DNA from: Octopus sinensis
Lineage: Eukaryota
Assembly (NCBI RefSeq): GCF_006345805.1
Contig: NC_042999.1
Coordinates: 19,344,001-19,408,000 of the forward strand
DNA length: 64,000 bases
Direction: 5' to 3'
This document shows positions 1 through 12,426 of the stretch, one piece after another (the first letter of the stretch is position 1; every line of letters starts with the position of its first letter). The position numbers were made by a program, and so were the translations under genes. The notes under the pieces are model-generated. The model was not told the origin of the DNA, searched no databases, and saw only the letters and a list, made by a program, of their open reading frames with translations.

Positions 1-574
1 TCATCGTTCAGTGCTTTATAAAATCGATACATGTGAGAGCCAGTGTCATAAAATGTTCTCCTAATTCAAAATGTCTGGCCTTATTTCAACCCTTGAAGCA
101 ATTACTGAGTTTTTTCTTTTTCTCATCGCATTTGTTTTTGCGTTTAGCTTTTATTGTGCAATATCTATTACTAGCAATAATGTGCGCTGAATTTTTTAAA
201 ACATTCTTTACGCATATTTTTTTTTTTATCATTTTTTCACAGCTTCATTGGTCTTATATGTTATAGTATTACAAAAACTATACATATTACAACAAAAAAA
301 AAACAAAAAAAGAAACCAAAAGAAGACAATAAATGTGTTGCTTAGTTTCAGAGCATCAAGATAACATGACAAGTGAGAGGTGTCACACGTATGAAACTAG
401 CCAAATATATCAAATATGCATGTATAAAAATGATCGGCTTGTCAGTTTTAGTCGAAGATCATAAACTAATCGATCTGCAGTCAAAAGCACGAACTTTTCA
501 CTTTTTATTGTGATACATAGAGATTATTCAGATACAAGGAAAAAAAGAAGACAGTTAATCATGTAATAGCAGAA

Positions 575-603
575 GCAGTGGTAGCGGCGGCAACAGCAGC
601 TGT

Positions 604-644
<41 letters not shown>

Positions 645-1050
645 TAATAGTAGTAGTGGTGGTAGTGGTGGTGGTTGTGGGGTAGTGGTGGTGGTTTCGA
701 TGGTATTCTTCTTCTTATTATTATTATTATTAGCAGTAGAAGTAGTAGTAGATGTAGAAGTAATAGAAGTCGCCGTAGTAGTAGTAGTAGTAGTGGTGAT
801 GGTATTATTATTAGCAGTAGTAGAAGTGGCAGCAGCAGTAGTAGTGTTAGTCGATGTAGTAATTGTAGTAGTGGCGGTGGTGCTGATAGTATTATTAATA
901 GTATTGGCAGTAGTAGTAGTAACAGCAGCAGTAGTAGTAGTAGTAGTAGTAGTAGTTTTTGTTGTTCTTGCTGCTGTTGCTGTTGATATTTTGCGTTAGC
1001 TGTTACAGTGATTGTGTTCGTAGTAGTTGTAGCCGTGTTGGTGATGATAG

Positions 1051-1081
<31 letters not shown>

Positions 1082-1090
1082 GGTGGTCGG
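575..1090. repeat. Compound trinucleotide microsatellite (GCA/GTA/GGT/ATT/GTT)
   Basis: Direct reading of the repeats; accounts for the poly-V/S/L ORFs 675-1144. Confidence 0.95.
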
Positions 1091-1574
1091 TGGTTGTTAA
1101 CATATTGCGCCAGGTCTGTCCTGATCCAGCAGGCCCATATTTAAGAATGTTCCAAATTTCATAAACCTATCGGGCCCTAGTGCTTATTTTTCTTTTTACT
1201 TTTCAGTAACTCCCTCTCTTGCCAAACCGCTAAGTTATGAGACATGGGACGTAAACAAATCTGCACCAAACGTCAAGTGGTGGGGTGGACAAACACAAAC
1301 ACAAGAAAACACACACACATATGTGTGTGTTAGATGTATATGTAAATGTACACACACGTACAATTTCCTTCTCCGAAACTCACCTTTCTTCTCTTTCTGA
1401 CGAAGAGATTTTCTGAATTTCAGTCTAATACATTCCATATGTATGTCCTTTTACTTTTTTTTTTTTTTTCAACGTTCACTTTTCAATGTTCGATTTCACT
1501 CTTTCCTCACCCCAACTAGTCGCCATGCTTGATCACTAAATCCACAAGGTTTTTTTTTATCCACTCTGCTTATT

Positions 1575-1646
1575 TTCATTTATTCCTTTCTGCTGAAGAA
1601 CGTAGGCTCGAAACGTAAAGGACTTTCACACTTTCCCGAATGTCAA
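1575..1646 (+). mobile_element. Truncated copy of short HHR-bearing element (family H1), with variant hammerhead at 1586-1621
   Basis: CCTTT-CTGCTGA-A-GAAC GTAG GCTC-GAAA-CGTA-AAGG; homologous to copies at 21866, 54631 and 58961; abuts a (TA)n/(TATG)n tract. Confidence 0.65.
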
Positions 1647-1663
1647 ATATATATATATACATA

Positions 1664-1699
<36 letters not shown>

Positions 1700-1782
1700 T
1701 ATATTATGTATGTATGTATGTTATGTATGTATGTATGTATGTATGTATGTATGTATGTATGTATGTATGTATGTATGTATGT

Positions 1783-1925
1783 ATAGACGAGGTCTTCCGG
1801 GCAGCTCACTTTCTGTCTACCAAATTCACTTACAAGGCATTGGTCAGTCTGGGCTATAATAGAAGGCATTTGCCCAAGGTGCCTCGAAGGTAGACTTAAA
1901 CAACAGACCACTTGATTACGAACCA
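1783..1925 (-). mobile_element. SINE-A 5' fragment (diverged)
   Basis: Matches the 5' part of SINE-A (ttgcccaaggtgcc, gtctaccaaattcact). Confidence 0.75.
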
Positions 1926-2175
1926 TGCTCTCACTTATTAGCTTATATTTTATTTAAATTTTATTCGCAAGCAGTGAATCTCGGAGTACGGTATCTAGTG
2001 AATACTCCCATTAAAAACTGTGTTTAGATGACCGATTGTTATTTGAGATAGATGACTTCGCTGCCATTTTTATATTTCGGGGCGGTCATTTTAAATTTTT
2101 TTATTGCCAAATAAACACATGCACTATTATTATTATTATTATTATTATTATATTATTATTATTATTATTATTATT

Positions 2176-2562
2176 CTTTTACTCTTTTACTTCTTTCAGT
2201 CATTTCACTGTGGCCATGCTGGAGCAAATCGACCCCAGGACGTATTCTTAGTAAGCCTAGTACTTATTCTATCAGTCTCTTTTGCCGAACCGCTAAGTTA
2301 CGGGGACGTAAACACACCAGCATCGGTTGTCAAGCGATGTTGGAGGGACAAGCACAGACACACAAATATATACACACACATACATATATACATATATACG
2401 ACGGGCTTCTTTCAGTTTCCGCCCACCAAATCCATTCACAAGGCTTTGGTCGACCCGAGGCTATAGTAGAAGACACTTGCCCAAGGTGCCACGAAGTGGG
2501 ACTGAACCCGGAATCATGTGGTTTGTAAGCAAGCTACTTACCACACAACCACTCCTGCGCCT
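2176..2562 (-). mobile_element. SINE-A, full length (tRNA-like head, CORE-like ttgggcaagt segment, internal TA/CA microsatellite)
   Basis: Near-identical to about 8 other copies in the window; head has Pol III A/B-box-like motifs (tggctgtgtgg; ggttcagtccc). Confidence 0.9.
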
Positions 2563-2870
2563 GTTATTTTTTTTTATTAAATATTTAATTTAGAAAAGTT
2601 TAATGGGAATCGCAATTGTGTCAGTTTAGTAAATTATGACTTTTAATAATGTTGTGATGGAAGGCAATAGTTAAAAAAGAAAAATTTCAGCGGAAGGTGG
2701 ATGAGCGAATATTCATCAAGTACACTTGTAATATTGTGATATTAAATTAGATAAACAGGCAGTATAAAATACTTCTAATCAATGTCACCATCTTTATCGG
2801 TAGCATCTTTATCGGAAGCATCTTTATCTTCGGCATCATCTTCACCATTTTCATCATCATCATCATTGTT

Positions 2871-3068
2871 TTCTACTCTAGGCACAAGGTTCAAAATTTT
2901 TGGGGAGGTGGGCCAGTCGATTAGATCGACCCCGCTACACAACTGGTACTTAATTTATCGACCCCAAAAGGATGAAAGACAAAGTTGACCTCGGCGGAAT
3001 TTGAACTCAGAACGAAAAGACACGAAATACCACTAAGCATTTCGCACGGCGTGCTAACGTTTCTGCCA
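2871..3068 (-). mobile_element. SINE-B
   Basis: Reverse complement of the SINE-B head and core (gaggtcgactttgcctttcatcctttcggggtcgataaattaagtaccag) plus the standard tail. Confidence 0.85.
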
Positions 3069-3486
3069 TCATCATCATTATAACCACCTCCACCCCATCA
3101 TCACCACTATCACTGTCATCATTACATTATCACTACGATTACCACCAACAGCATCATCATCGCTAACATCATTATCACAACCACCACTAAACCATCATCA
3201 TCAACATCGTTGTCACCACCAACACTACTATTACCACCTACACCAACACCATCCACCACCGCCAATATCATCATCAACATTAATTTTTCGATATGTCTTA
3301 CATACATTTTGGCACGGGTAGGATGCCACTGACCCTGTGTCGTATCGTTAAATCTAGTTGGCAATTCTCCTTTAAATCACAAGAATAAAAAAAAAAACGC
3401 TGAAGACATTGGATAACAAAAGCCAGCGGGGTTCAGACATGGTTGTCCATTTAAAAAAGCTTCTTTCACAAACATCTTACACAACG

Positions 3487-3902
3487 TAGGCGTAGGAGTG
3501 TCTGTGTGGTAAGTAGCTTGCCTGCCAACCACATTCGTTCCGGGTTCAGTCCCACTACGTGGCACCTTGGGCAACTGTCTTCTACTATAGCCTCGAGCTG
3601 ACCAAAGCCTTGTGAGTGGATTTGGTAGATGGAAACTGAAAGAAGCCCGTTGTATATATGTATATATATATATGTATGTGTGTGTATATGTTTGTGTGTC
3701 TGTGTTTGTCCCCCCAACATCGCTTGACAACCGATGCTGGTGTGTTTACGTCATTGTAACTTAGCGGTTCGGCAAAAGAGACCGATAGAATAAGTACTGG
3801 GCTTACAAAGAATAAGTCCTGGCGTCGACCTGCTCGACTAAAGGTGGTGCTCCAACATGACCACAGTCAAATGACTGAAACAAGTAAAAGAGTAAAAGAG
3901 TA
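3487..3902 (+). mobile_element. SINE-A, full length
   Basis: Reverse complement of 2176-2562; ends in an (aaaagagt)n tail. Confidence 0.9.
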
Positions 3903-4239
3903 ACGTTCTAATTCACTGTACCATTTTCTCCGCAAGCAAATGTCTTCTAACATATCTTATTGGGATAAATACTTAACGAACTTCTTTAAACAGGAAAATG
4001 GCTGAATCTTTTTCTATGTCGAGAACAAAGTACATAAATTGGGGAAAAAAATCCGGATAAACTAGAGCGTTTAAACCAAAATGTTCTGTTTGTATTGCAC
4101 AAACACTATTTAGTTACTCTCACCTTTGGACATTCATTATCGCATTAGAAACTTATATTCTACGGTACCAGTGCATGATATATGTAAATAAGTATTTCCT
4201 TCCTGAACCACTTCCTCTCATATCATCTATTAGTTTTCC

Positions 4240-4560
4240 TCACTTTTAAATAATGTGGTTCTCTAACTTAAAGTGAAGGTTGTGTCGTTGTTACCGTGGG
4301 TATAGGTGATACATAATCGGTGAAAGCATTTGAAAGTGCTTGGTTGTGAGTGTTTAGGCATTATATAAATTTTCAAGTAGTAGATGGCCGAGATTCCTCT
4401 CTATTTTTGAAGATGATGAGAAACTGTGCAGGAAAGATCAGAGAGGTTGTGCGTTATATAATTTGGAAGTTGTATATGATCGTGGGAAGAGTGGTAAGTG
4501 GGAGGAAGAGAGGATGGTGCTTTTCGTTGGACCCTGCAAGTGACTAAAACAAAAATTATC
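4240..4560 (-). mobile_element. Possible very old L2/CR1-type LINE fragment
   Basis: Minus-strand translation contains RVQRKA, which resembles the C-terminal ORF2 motif of CR1/L2 elements; otherwise heavily decayed. Confidence 0.3.
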
Positions 4561-5098
4561 GAATTGCGAATGAATTCAGTTACAGCAACAGCCATCTAAG
4601 AGCTAGGAGTTAGAGAATTGGATTCCTCTTGTGCAAGGCCATTATCACTTTAAAAAAATCGTAGCACTGGCATCGTTTGATGTTTAACATCTGTTATGTA
4701 TTACCATATTATGATTGGTAATAGCGGAAAAATTGCATGATGAAATGAAGGTATGTGCGAGCATCTGTGGCAAGCTTTCTGATCAACTACTGCAAGATGC
4801 ATCTATATTTCCCATAACTAGAAGATTTTGAAAGAACACAACATTGCTGCTCTCGCTTAAGAAAACATCGAGCTATATTACTATTCGAAATCGGGTTGCT
4901 GGCATCATCTATGGATAGTATGGATGGATGGATATCATACAAGACACTGCAATATCTATTACGAGTGTATCTCAAGTATTTTTATCATTAGGTTAAAAAT
5001 AACTATTGAAACAAATGAATACATACACATTCATAAAAAGCAACTTTACACACTTATACATATGCGCACGTTTATTTGTGTGTTTTTTATGCACACAT

Positions 5099-5152
<54 letters not shown>

Positions 5153-6031
5153 TTATACGTGTGTGTCTGTGTATTTGTTGGTATAGATAATCGCTGAATA
5201 TATATTTCGGAAACAGTATAGCATTTTCAAATTTAGCAGAGATATTTTTTAAGTGTGTACGTATGAGTGCCTTGTCACTAAATCAGAGAAATATATTCGT
5301 ACTAAACGCAAAAAAAAAAATAGAATGGGAAAATAAGCAAAAACAACACCTTCCGTAAAATTTAAAAACTGCAGGCTCAACTAATGAACAAACATTGATA
5401 AAACGTAGTTACGAAGGAAAAAAGTTTACGTTCTGGCAAATCTTGATGAAAACTTTAAAGAATTCTAAATAAGCATGGAGTAGTTAATGGCTAATGGAAT
5501 TTAAAGCAGGTTTTAGAAGCCTAAAACAGCTTATGATGGATTTTAAATCAAAATGTTTGTGGATTTCAAATTTTTATTTTATTTTAGTTTTTTTTGCGAT
5601 TTATTTGCTTTCTTATTTATTTATTTGTTTATTTATTTAGTTTTGGTTATCGTGGTTGCTGGTGTCTTAAATTTAACTGTAATGTCATTCCGCTTTCTTG
5701 AAGTGTGCGTGTATATGTATGTATAAATATTTATGTATGTGTATATGTATGTATGTACAGCTGTATGAATGAATTTATGAGTTATATGTATCTAAATATA
5801 TACATATATATATATATAGTTATATACGTATTTATATAGATATATATATTTATACACACACATATATATATACATACATAAACAAATATATATATAAAGT
5901 TAATCCAAACAAGAAAACTAAAACAAAAAAACAACAACGCAAGGACGTGGAACAAATAAAGTATTATATATATATATATATAATATATATATATACATAC
6001 AAACATATATATATATATATGTGTGTGTGTG

Positions 6032-6089
<58 letters not shown>

Positions 6090-6380
6090 TAGATAGATAA
6101 GTAGATAGACAGCGATTTGTTTATATACATACGTATGTTAATATTTATTATATATGTACGCATATATAGGATTTATATATATAGACACATGCAAACGCAT
6201 TCATACACACACACATACGCACGGATATACATATAGATTCATAGATAGATAGTTGTCTATACACATATATGTGTTATATATGTATATATATATATATGTA
6301 AGTAAGTATTATGTACATGTGTGTGTACATATCTATTTACATACATATATATATATATATATATATAATATATATATATA

Positions 6381-6670
6381 TATATAGTAAAGAAAATAAG
6401 GTGGCTAGCAGCAGGCTGTTTCGCCTCATACCGAAGGAATTAGAAATGGCAGTCAAAGACCGTTTTTTCCATTTTCTATAAGAGGAGATTCCAAAAACGA
6501 AGGCCCTTACGGCTCACATATATGTATGTGTATGTGAGCCGTAAGGGCCTTCGTTTTTGGAATCTCCTCTTATAGAAAATGGAAAAAACGGTCTTTGACT
6601 GCCATTTCTAATTCCTTCGGTATGAGGCGAAACAGCCTGCTGCTAGCCACCTTATTTTCTTTACTATATA
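6381..6670. repeat. Perfect fold-back palindrome: 140-bp arms, 10-bp loop
   Basis: 6381-6520 is the exact reverse complement of 6531-6670 (compared by eye); left side abuts (TA)n. Confidence 0.95.
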
Positions 6671-6783
6671 CTGAAACATACAAAGGTCCTGACAATTAAT
6701 TTGTTGTATTTACATACCGAAATTTACCGGTAAATAATTGTTGGTTACATGAAAAACCACAGAAAATTATTTACCATTTTTAT

Positions 6784-6838
<55 letters not shown>

Positions 6839-7299
6839 GTATATATATATATCAACACTGTCTTATATGAATCACTATGCACATGCACATCTAACAGATA
6901 AATGTAAATAATCTCAGAATTGAAGAAGTAGCGTTTATATCAGTTGGCGTACATATGTATATACTCGGAAGTGTTTTCATACGTACATGTTTATCTGTAC
7001 AGTGACAGAAATTAAATATTGTCATTAATTAATTTTCTGCAACATCGGAAAGCGTGTTGCATAAATAATCGATGTTCCATCGAAATCAGAATCTGATGTA
7101 TTATATCATTCAATTAAGTTTTGAAAATATATTTTCGTTTATTCTTAATTTTTCCTATATCTTGTCTTTTATCTGAACATGTTTCAGTGACTGAAATTTT
7201 GCCGTGTTGTACCCCAGCTTCTAAATGTTTCCGTCGACAGGGGCTTACGTTTCTTTTCTTTTTTAAAAGTTTTGTACGTGATCTGAAATAAAGAATAAT

Positions 7300-7720
7300 A
7301 ATGAAATTATTGTATACAGTGCTCAGGTGCACCACAAATTGTCAAAAGTGTGTATAAAGCATATGCAGTAATGTACAAATGTCTGGAAAGTGAACAGTGT
7401 ATGAGTCAGATACATGCTTGCATGTGTATGGAGGGAAGAAAATCAGATGTAGTGTTGGTGAATCTCAGGTAGCATGGAAGTTTTGAAGGATGCAGTGCTC
7501 CGACAACTAACAACTGATGCCGGCAGTTTGTTCCATACTTCAGCAACTCTTAGCGCAAAAAATTGTTTCCGAAAGTCATGGGAGCTGTGCTGTTTTCTGA
7601 CTTTGTAAACATGTCCATGTGTGTTAGACAGGTGGAGTTTGAAAAGGTGCCCAGAGTTATTGTTAGTAAGATGGTTAATAATTTTCTATCAATCTTTATT
7701 CTGAACTACCATATTACTGA
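7300..7720 (-). mobile_element. CR1-type LINE 3' end
   Basis: Minus-strand translation HGHVYKVRKQHSSHDFRKQFFALRVAEVWNKLPASVVSCRSTASFKTSMLPEIHQHYI* (stop at 7443-7445) matches the CR1 ORF2 C-terminal pattern RGH..K...FF..RV...WN.LP..VV....FK. Confidence 0.8.
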
Positions 7721-7835
7721 TTTAAACAAGCTAATACTGGTTGTCGACCGGTGTGGCGTGACAAACATATACACATAGACATATATATGTAGACATACAT
7801 ATATAAACATCCATGCACACACACACACACACACA

Positions 7836-7874
<39 letters not shown>

Positions 7875-8269
7875 ATAATGGGGTAGGAACTTTGACAAAT
7901 TAGTAAAGTCCTTGAGTAATATCAAACCTTTTACTCTGAGAATCATCTACACAATACATAAGGAACCCACACAAGTAGAATGAAGAGCCCTTTTCAAGAG
8001 ATCAAGATAAAGTTTTCAGAGATTGACTTGCTTTATAGACGTGTGTATACGACGAATTTTCACGCAGTTTCCGTCTACCATATTCATTCAGCCAGGAGTT
8101 ATATTAGAAGACACTTGTCCAAGATGATATGCAATGGGACCGAACCCAAAACTACAAGTTTTTAAATCTAATTTCTTAACCACATTGTCACGCCTGTTAA
8201 CACTTTTCTAATTTCCATTCAGTTGAAGTTATTACTTTTGGTCTTGAACCAGAACGTACACTTTTCTAA

Positions 8270-8990
8270 GAAAATGGAAGAACAACTGAAAATATGTAAG
8301 GAAGGACGAAGGCCAAAAGGAAGAAATCTCAAAGCTATAATGTTGTACAAAAATGGACAAAGAAATTGAGAAGAAATTAGCGAATATGAAAAAAAACTCA
8401 CTAGAGTAAAACTGAACCCGAAGATATTCGATGACAAAATGAAGGCGGCAATTGTAGAAAGAGAGACAATAATGAAATTAATAAATGTGTATTCAAATAT
8501 AGCTGTAGGCTTAATGCAATACATTCGATATGACAGTTTGCCAGGTGTTACAGAACAGGAGGAGTTACTCGATTATATTACGGATGAACGCCCCGGATAG
8601 CACAATTGTAATTGTAAATGAAACTGCGAGCTTTGGGGAGGGGGGCTATGAGCCATTCCATTTAATTCATTATAAATATTTCATTGTCATACCATCCTTT
8701 TTGTACTTTTGTTATATGTACCCCATGTCCTGTATTGTGATGTCCCCTCTTCATTCGGGCCATTGTGCCTATAATAAAGATTCATCTGCGGCTGGCAGGC
8801 TTCTGATACTCTAGACCGATGATGGACGAAGATCCTGAAACATGCGTGTCTCTAGATGCAGGCCTAGCTGCTGGGGGTATTTGTCTCCCCTTCGTAAATA
8901 TATAAGCACACAGGTAAAAAATGTGACGAAGCCATCAGGAAGCGTCGATGCTTCCTAGGGCTAAACATCGGTGGTGTAATCCTCTACTGT
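8270..8990 (+). mobile_element. Decayed PLE-like element end: frameshifted ORF remnant, 3' UTR, AATAAA (8773-8778), HHR and TATA-like motif
   Basis: Open stretch EYEKKLTRVKLNPKIFDDKMKAAIVERETIMKLINVYSNIAVGLMQYIRYDSLPGVTEQEELLDYITDERPG*, followed by a polyA signal, an HHR fold and aaatatataa; this layout is typical of PLE pseudo-LTRs. Protein family not recognised. Confidence 0.45.
8810..8856 (+). ncRNA. Type I hammerhead ribozyme fold with CCGATGA core
   Basis: Stem I TCTAGA/TCTAGA; core CCGATGA (8816-8822); stem II T-GGA-cgaaga-TCC-T; GAAA; stem III ACA-tgcg-TGT; predicted cleavage GTC after 8850. Confidence 0.65.
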
Positions 8991-9017
8991 CACGTTAAAT
9001 TGACAGTATAAAACCAT

Positions 9018-9076
<59 letters not shown>

Positions 9077-9209
9077 TCTTTCTGTTCTAGATCTAATTGG
9101 ACGTTAAATCTACTGTCACGTTAAATTGACAGTATACAACCATTCTATCGCCCCACCACCGTACATATCTCTATGAGAGATTTAGAAATTTAATATATTT
9201 AGAAATTTA

Positions 9210-9278
<69 letters not shown>

Positions 9279-9314
9279 TATAAATATATATATACTATAT
9301 ATATATATATATTA

Positions 9315-9352
<38 letters not shown>

Positions 9353-9402
9353 ATATATAAATATCTATATATATATATATAGATATATATATATATATAT
9401 AT

Positions 9403-9433
<31 letters not shown>

Positions 9434-9435
<2 letters not shown>

Positions 9436-9718
9436 AGGCGCAATGGCCTAGTGGTTAGGGCAGCAGACTCGCGGTCGCAGGATCGCGGTTTCGATTCCCA
9501 GACCGGGTGTTGTGAGTGTTTATTGAGCGAAAACACCTAAAAGCTCCACGAGGCTCCGGTAGGGGGTGGTGATCCCTGCTGTACTCTTTCACCACTCTTT
9601 CTTCTGTTGGCCTGCCCGCTTAGCCAGCGGGGTGGCGTCATTCGAAGGCTAAAACAATGCGAACGCATTGTGACCACCGATGTGTAACTACATCTGATGG
9701 ACTGGTCGGTCACGTGAT
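9434..9718 (+). mobile_element. SINE-C (tRNA-derived head) with tail type alpha
   Basis: A box TGGCCTAGTGG, B box GGTTTCGATTCC; head and body shared with the copies at 14671, 27067 and 36500. Confidence 0.88.
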
Positions 9719-10303
9719 ATATATATATATTATATATATATAATATATATATATATAATATGATATGTGTTCTTTCTGTTCTACATCTATTGGAAGGACA
9801 CCGAAAAAGTATGAGATACTCCATCTCAACTTACATGATTCAAATGAACTTACACGAACTCTGCCATTATCATACCTCAGTATCCAAAATTCCTTATTCC
9901 ATTAACAGAATTGCATTACTTCGAAAATTTGACAGTTAACACCTAATGGTTCGCTCCTGAATTCTTATATATCTCCTTTCCTAATATTACGAATTTTTTT
10001 TTTTTAATGTTTTATATAAAATGCTGTATGTTTCGTATTAGGAAGAAGAAACTCTGCTGTGAAGCATTTTACTATTCGTTCTTCAATAATATATACGCTA
10101 ATAAATTTCCTAGAATAATTCAATCGATTGAAGCAGCATTTTCTTGCTAATAATGGTATTGCTTTATTTCTATAAATAACGCTGTTGGTCTGACACATGC
10201 AAATTGAAAAAAATTGTCGAGGTGAAAAAAAAACGTATGACTGTGTATATATATATGTATGTGTGTAATATATATACATATTATATATATATATACATAC
10301 ATA

Positions 10304-10349
<46 letters not shown>

Positions 10350-11099
10350 TATATACATACATTTATATAAATATACGTGTACATATGTGTATGTATATAT
10401 GCATATATTTATATATTATATATATTATTATATGATCGAACGCCACGCATCCTTTTCCAAGTAAGTTTTATCTTAATAATTACTATGCGCACCTCTTCTA
10501 TCCCTCCTATCTCTTCTCCGTCTATCTCTCTCCCTCTCTTGTTCATCATCCTTTCTGGTTTTCTCTCCCACCCTTCCCTATTCTTTCCTCTCCTCTTCAC
10601 CGTTCCCTCTCTCTCTCTCTCTCTCTATCACTCCTCCTCCTCGACTCTCGTCGTGACGAAAGAAAATCTATTTTTCTGCTCATTATCTTCCTAAAGACAA
10701 CACGTGCTTATACTGTCTCTTCTCATAAGCTCGTCTTCCTAGCGTTCATAATAATGTTTCAGTCGTCTTGGCTTAACAGCCCTCACCGTTAGTTTTTACT
10801 GTTTTGTTCTCACTGTCCTGTTCTTGTTACCACTTTCACCCTCCGCAAAACATCCCAAATTTTATTTAATTTCCTTTGCGGGAAGGAGAGACGATGAGCA
10901 ATAGCTAGAGAAATAGTGCGCTTTATTTAATAACCAGTTGATCTAGTAAGCGGGGCCTCATATCAGTGATGCCGCCGTGAGGTAGGCCCAGAAACGGCGC
11001 GCATTTTCTCCTGATGACTCCATACACTTGCTGGTTTCCGGTATGCGAAGTTCTTGGCTTGTAGCACTTGCATGTGCAAGTTGTTTGCAAGACAACTTC

Positions 11100-11260
11100 G
11101 CTTTGAAGCTACACTCTTTTAGGTTTGCGTCTTACTGCGTGGTACCTTAGGCAAGTGTTTTCTATGATAGCCTCAGGTCTAACAATACTTTATGAGTAAG
11201 TTTAGCAGAAGGAAACTGTGTGGAAGCTCATCATATTCATTTGTAAGTGTGTGTGTCGCG
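11100..11260 (+). mobile_element. Highly diverged SINE-A
   Basis: ggtaccttaggcaagtgttttctatgatagcctc... matches the SINE-A body. Confidence 0.6.
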
Positions 11261-11274
11261 TTAGGTTTCTTCCC

Positions 11275-11343
11275 TTAGGAATCGAACCCACAACCTTACG
11301 ATCAGGAGTTCAACACCCAAGCCACTAAGCCACGCGCCTCCAC
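11275..11343 (-). mobile_element. SINE-D head fragment
   Basis: Reverse complement gtggaggcgcgtggcttagtgg...ggttcgattcc matches the head at 22592. Confidence 0.7.
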
Positions 11344-11684
11344 GATATAATAAATACCGGATTTTAAAATAAGTACTGAATTACTGAAACAAATAAAAGA
11401 AAAGTATAGATGTATCTTAAGGACGTGATGAAATATAAAATGGTACAATATAATAAGGAAATCGACCCATTTTTTTTCCTTGTAGATCATTCCAGGCTTA
11501 ATTAGAACGAAGAAACTTTCAAATGATGGCTTAACCAGCCAACCTCTCTACACGAATAAATCTCTAAGACTCGCAATTCTTGGTTGGCGAAGGAAAGGCT
11601 GAATGCTTGGGCAGAGGGATTATAACTGTCTTTTAAAATATTCCAGTAAAATACAGTATTTTGTTTTTGGTTTGTTCCTTCTCG

Positions 11685-11902
11685 AGTCATGCCTGACTCA
11701 TTAGACGTATAGGTTCCCCACCTGGACAGGATGCCGCAGGTGAACTGCAAGATGCAGTTGGAAAGAATGAGAGAAAAGTTGTGGTGAAAGAGTCAGTAGC
11801 AGTTCGCCATTACCTTCCGCCGGAGCAGCGTAGAGCTTAGGTGTTTCGCTCATAAATACACACATCGTCCGCTGCTCCAAACACTAGGCCATGTGCCTCC
11901 AC
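11685..11902 (-). mobile_element. SINE-C-like element with tail type delta (diverged)
   Basis: Reverse-complement similarity to 22846-23140. Confidence 0.7.
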
Positions 11903-11984
11903 ATAAAATACCGTAGCATAAATAATTGACCATGTTCAAATCCCTGTACAAATAGCAGAAGTTCTTAATATCTTATATGTGGCG

Positions 11985-12125
11985 CCGTCTGTCTTTACGT
12001 TTTGAGTTCAAATTCCACTGAGGTCGACTTCGACTTTTATCCTTTCGGGATCGATAAAAAAGTACCAGTTGAGTACTTCCCCACTTCTTTGAAGTTGCTG
12101 GCCTTGTGCCAAAATTTGAAACCAT
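11985..12125 (+). mobile_element. Diverged SINE-B
   Basis: gagttcaaattccactgaggtcgacttcgacttttatcctttcgg core. Confidence 0.7.
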
Positions 12126-12426
12126 ATGTCTTGTATATGGTCGAAATAAATAAATTCAACTACTTTTGGACTAGACATTTTTTTTTTCAAATCTGCAATG
12201 AGAATCGGTATTTGAGATCATGAAAATCTTGTAAGTGTTGTTAAATATTTTACTAGTACTGCATGGAGTAGTTTAAGATTCTAGATGTTTATAAAACTTA
12301 CAGGAGATGAAATGATAATATTGGACTGTTTATATCTTTACGCTTTTATTGTTTCAGTCACTGAACTGTGGCTATGCTGGGGCACAACCTTCTAAGGCTA
12401 GTCGAACAAAAATTCTTAGTCTGTTA

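Noticed and set aside
6590-6650. Hammerhead in the right arm of the 6381 palindrome
   Set aside because: GGCGAAACAG is present but there is no CUGANGA-like core with a matching stem I and NUH site
9434-9510. tRNA genes at SINE heads (also 14671, 22592, 27067, 36800 and 18745-18800)
   Set aside because: A/B boxes are present but I could not fold a complete cloverleaf with an acceptor stem, and most continue into SINE bodies
10960-11020. GC-rich patch with gaaac and ctgatga motifs
   Set aside because: Motif order and stems do not assemble into a hammerhead on either strand
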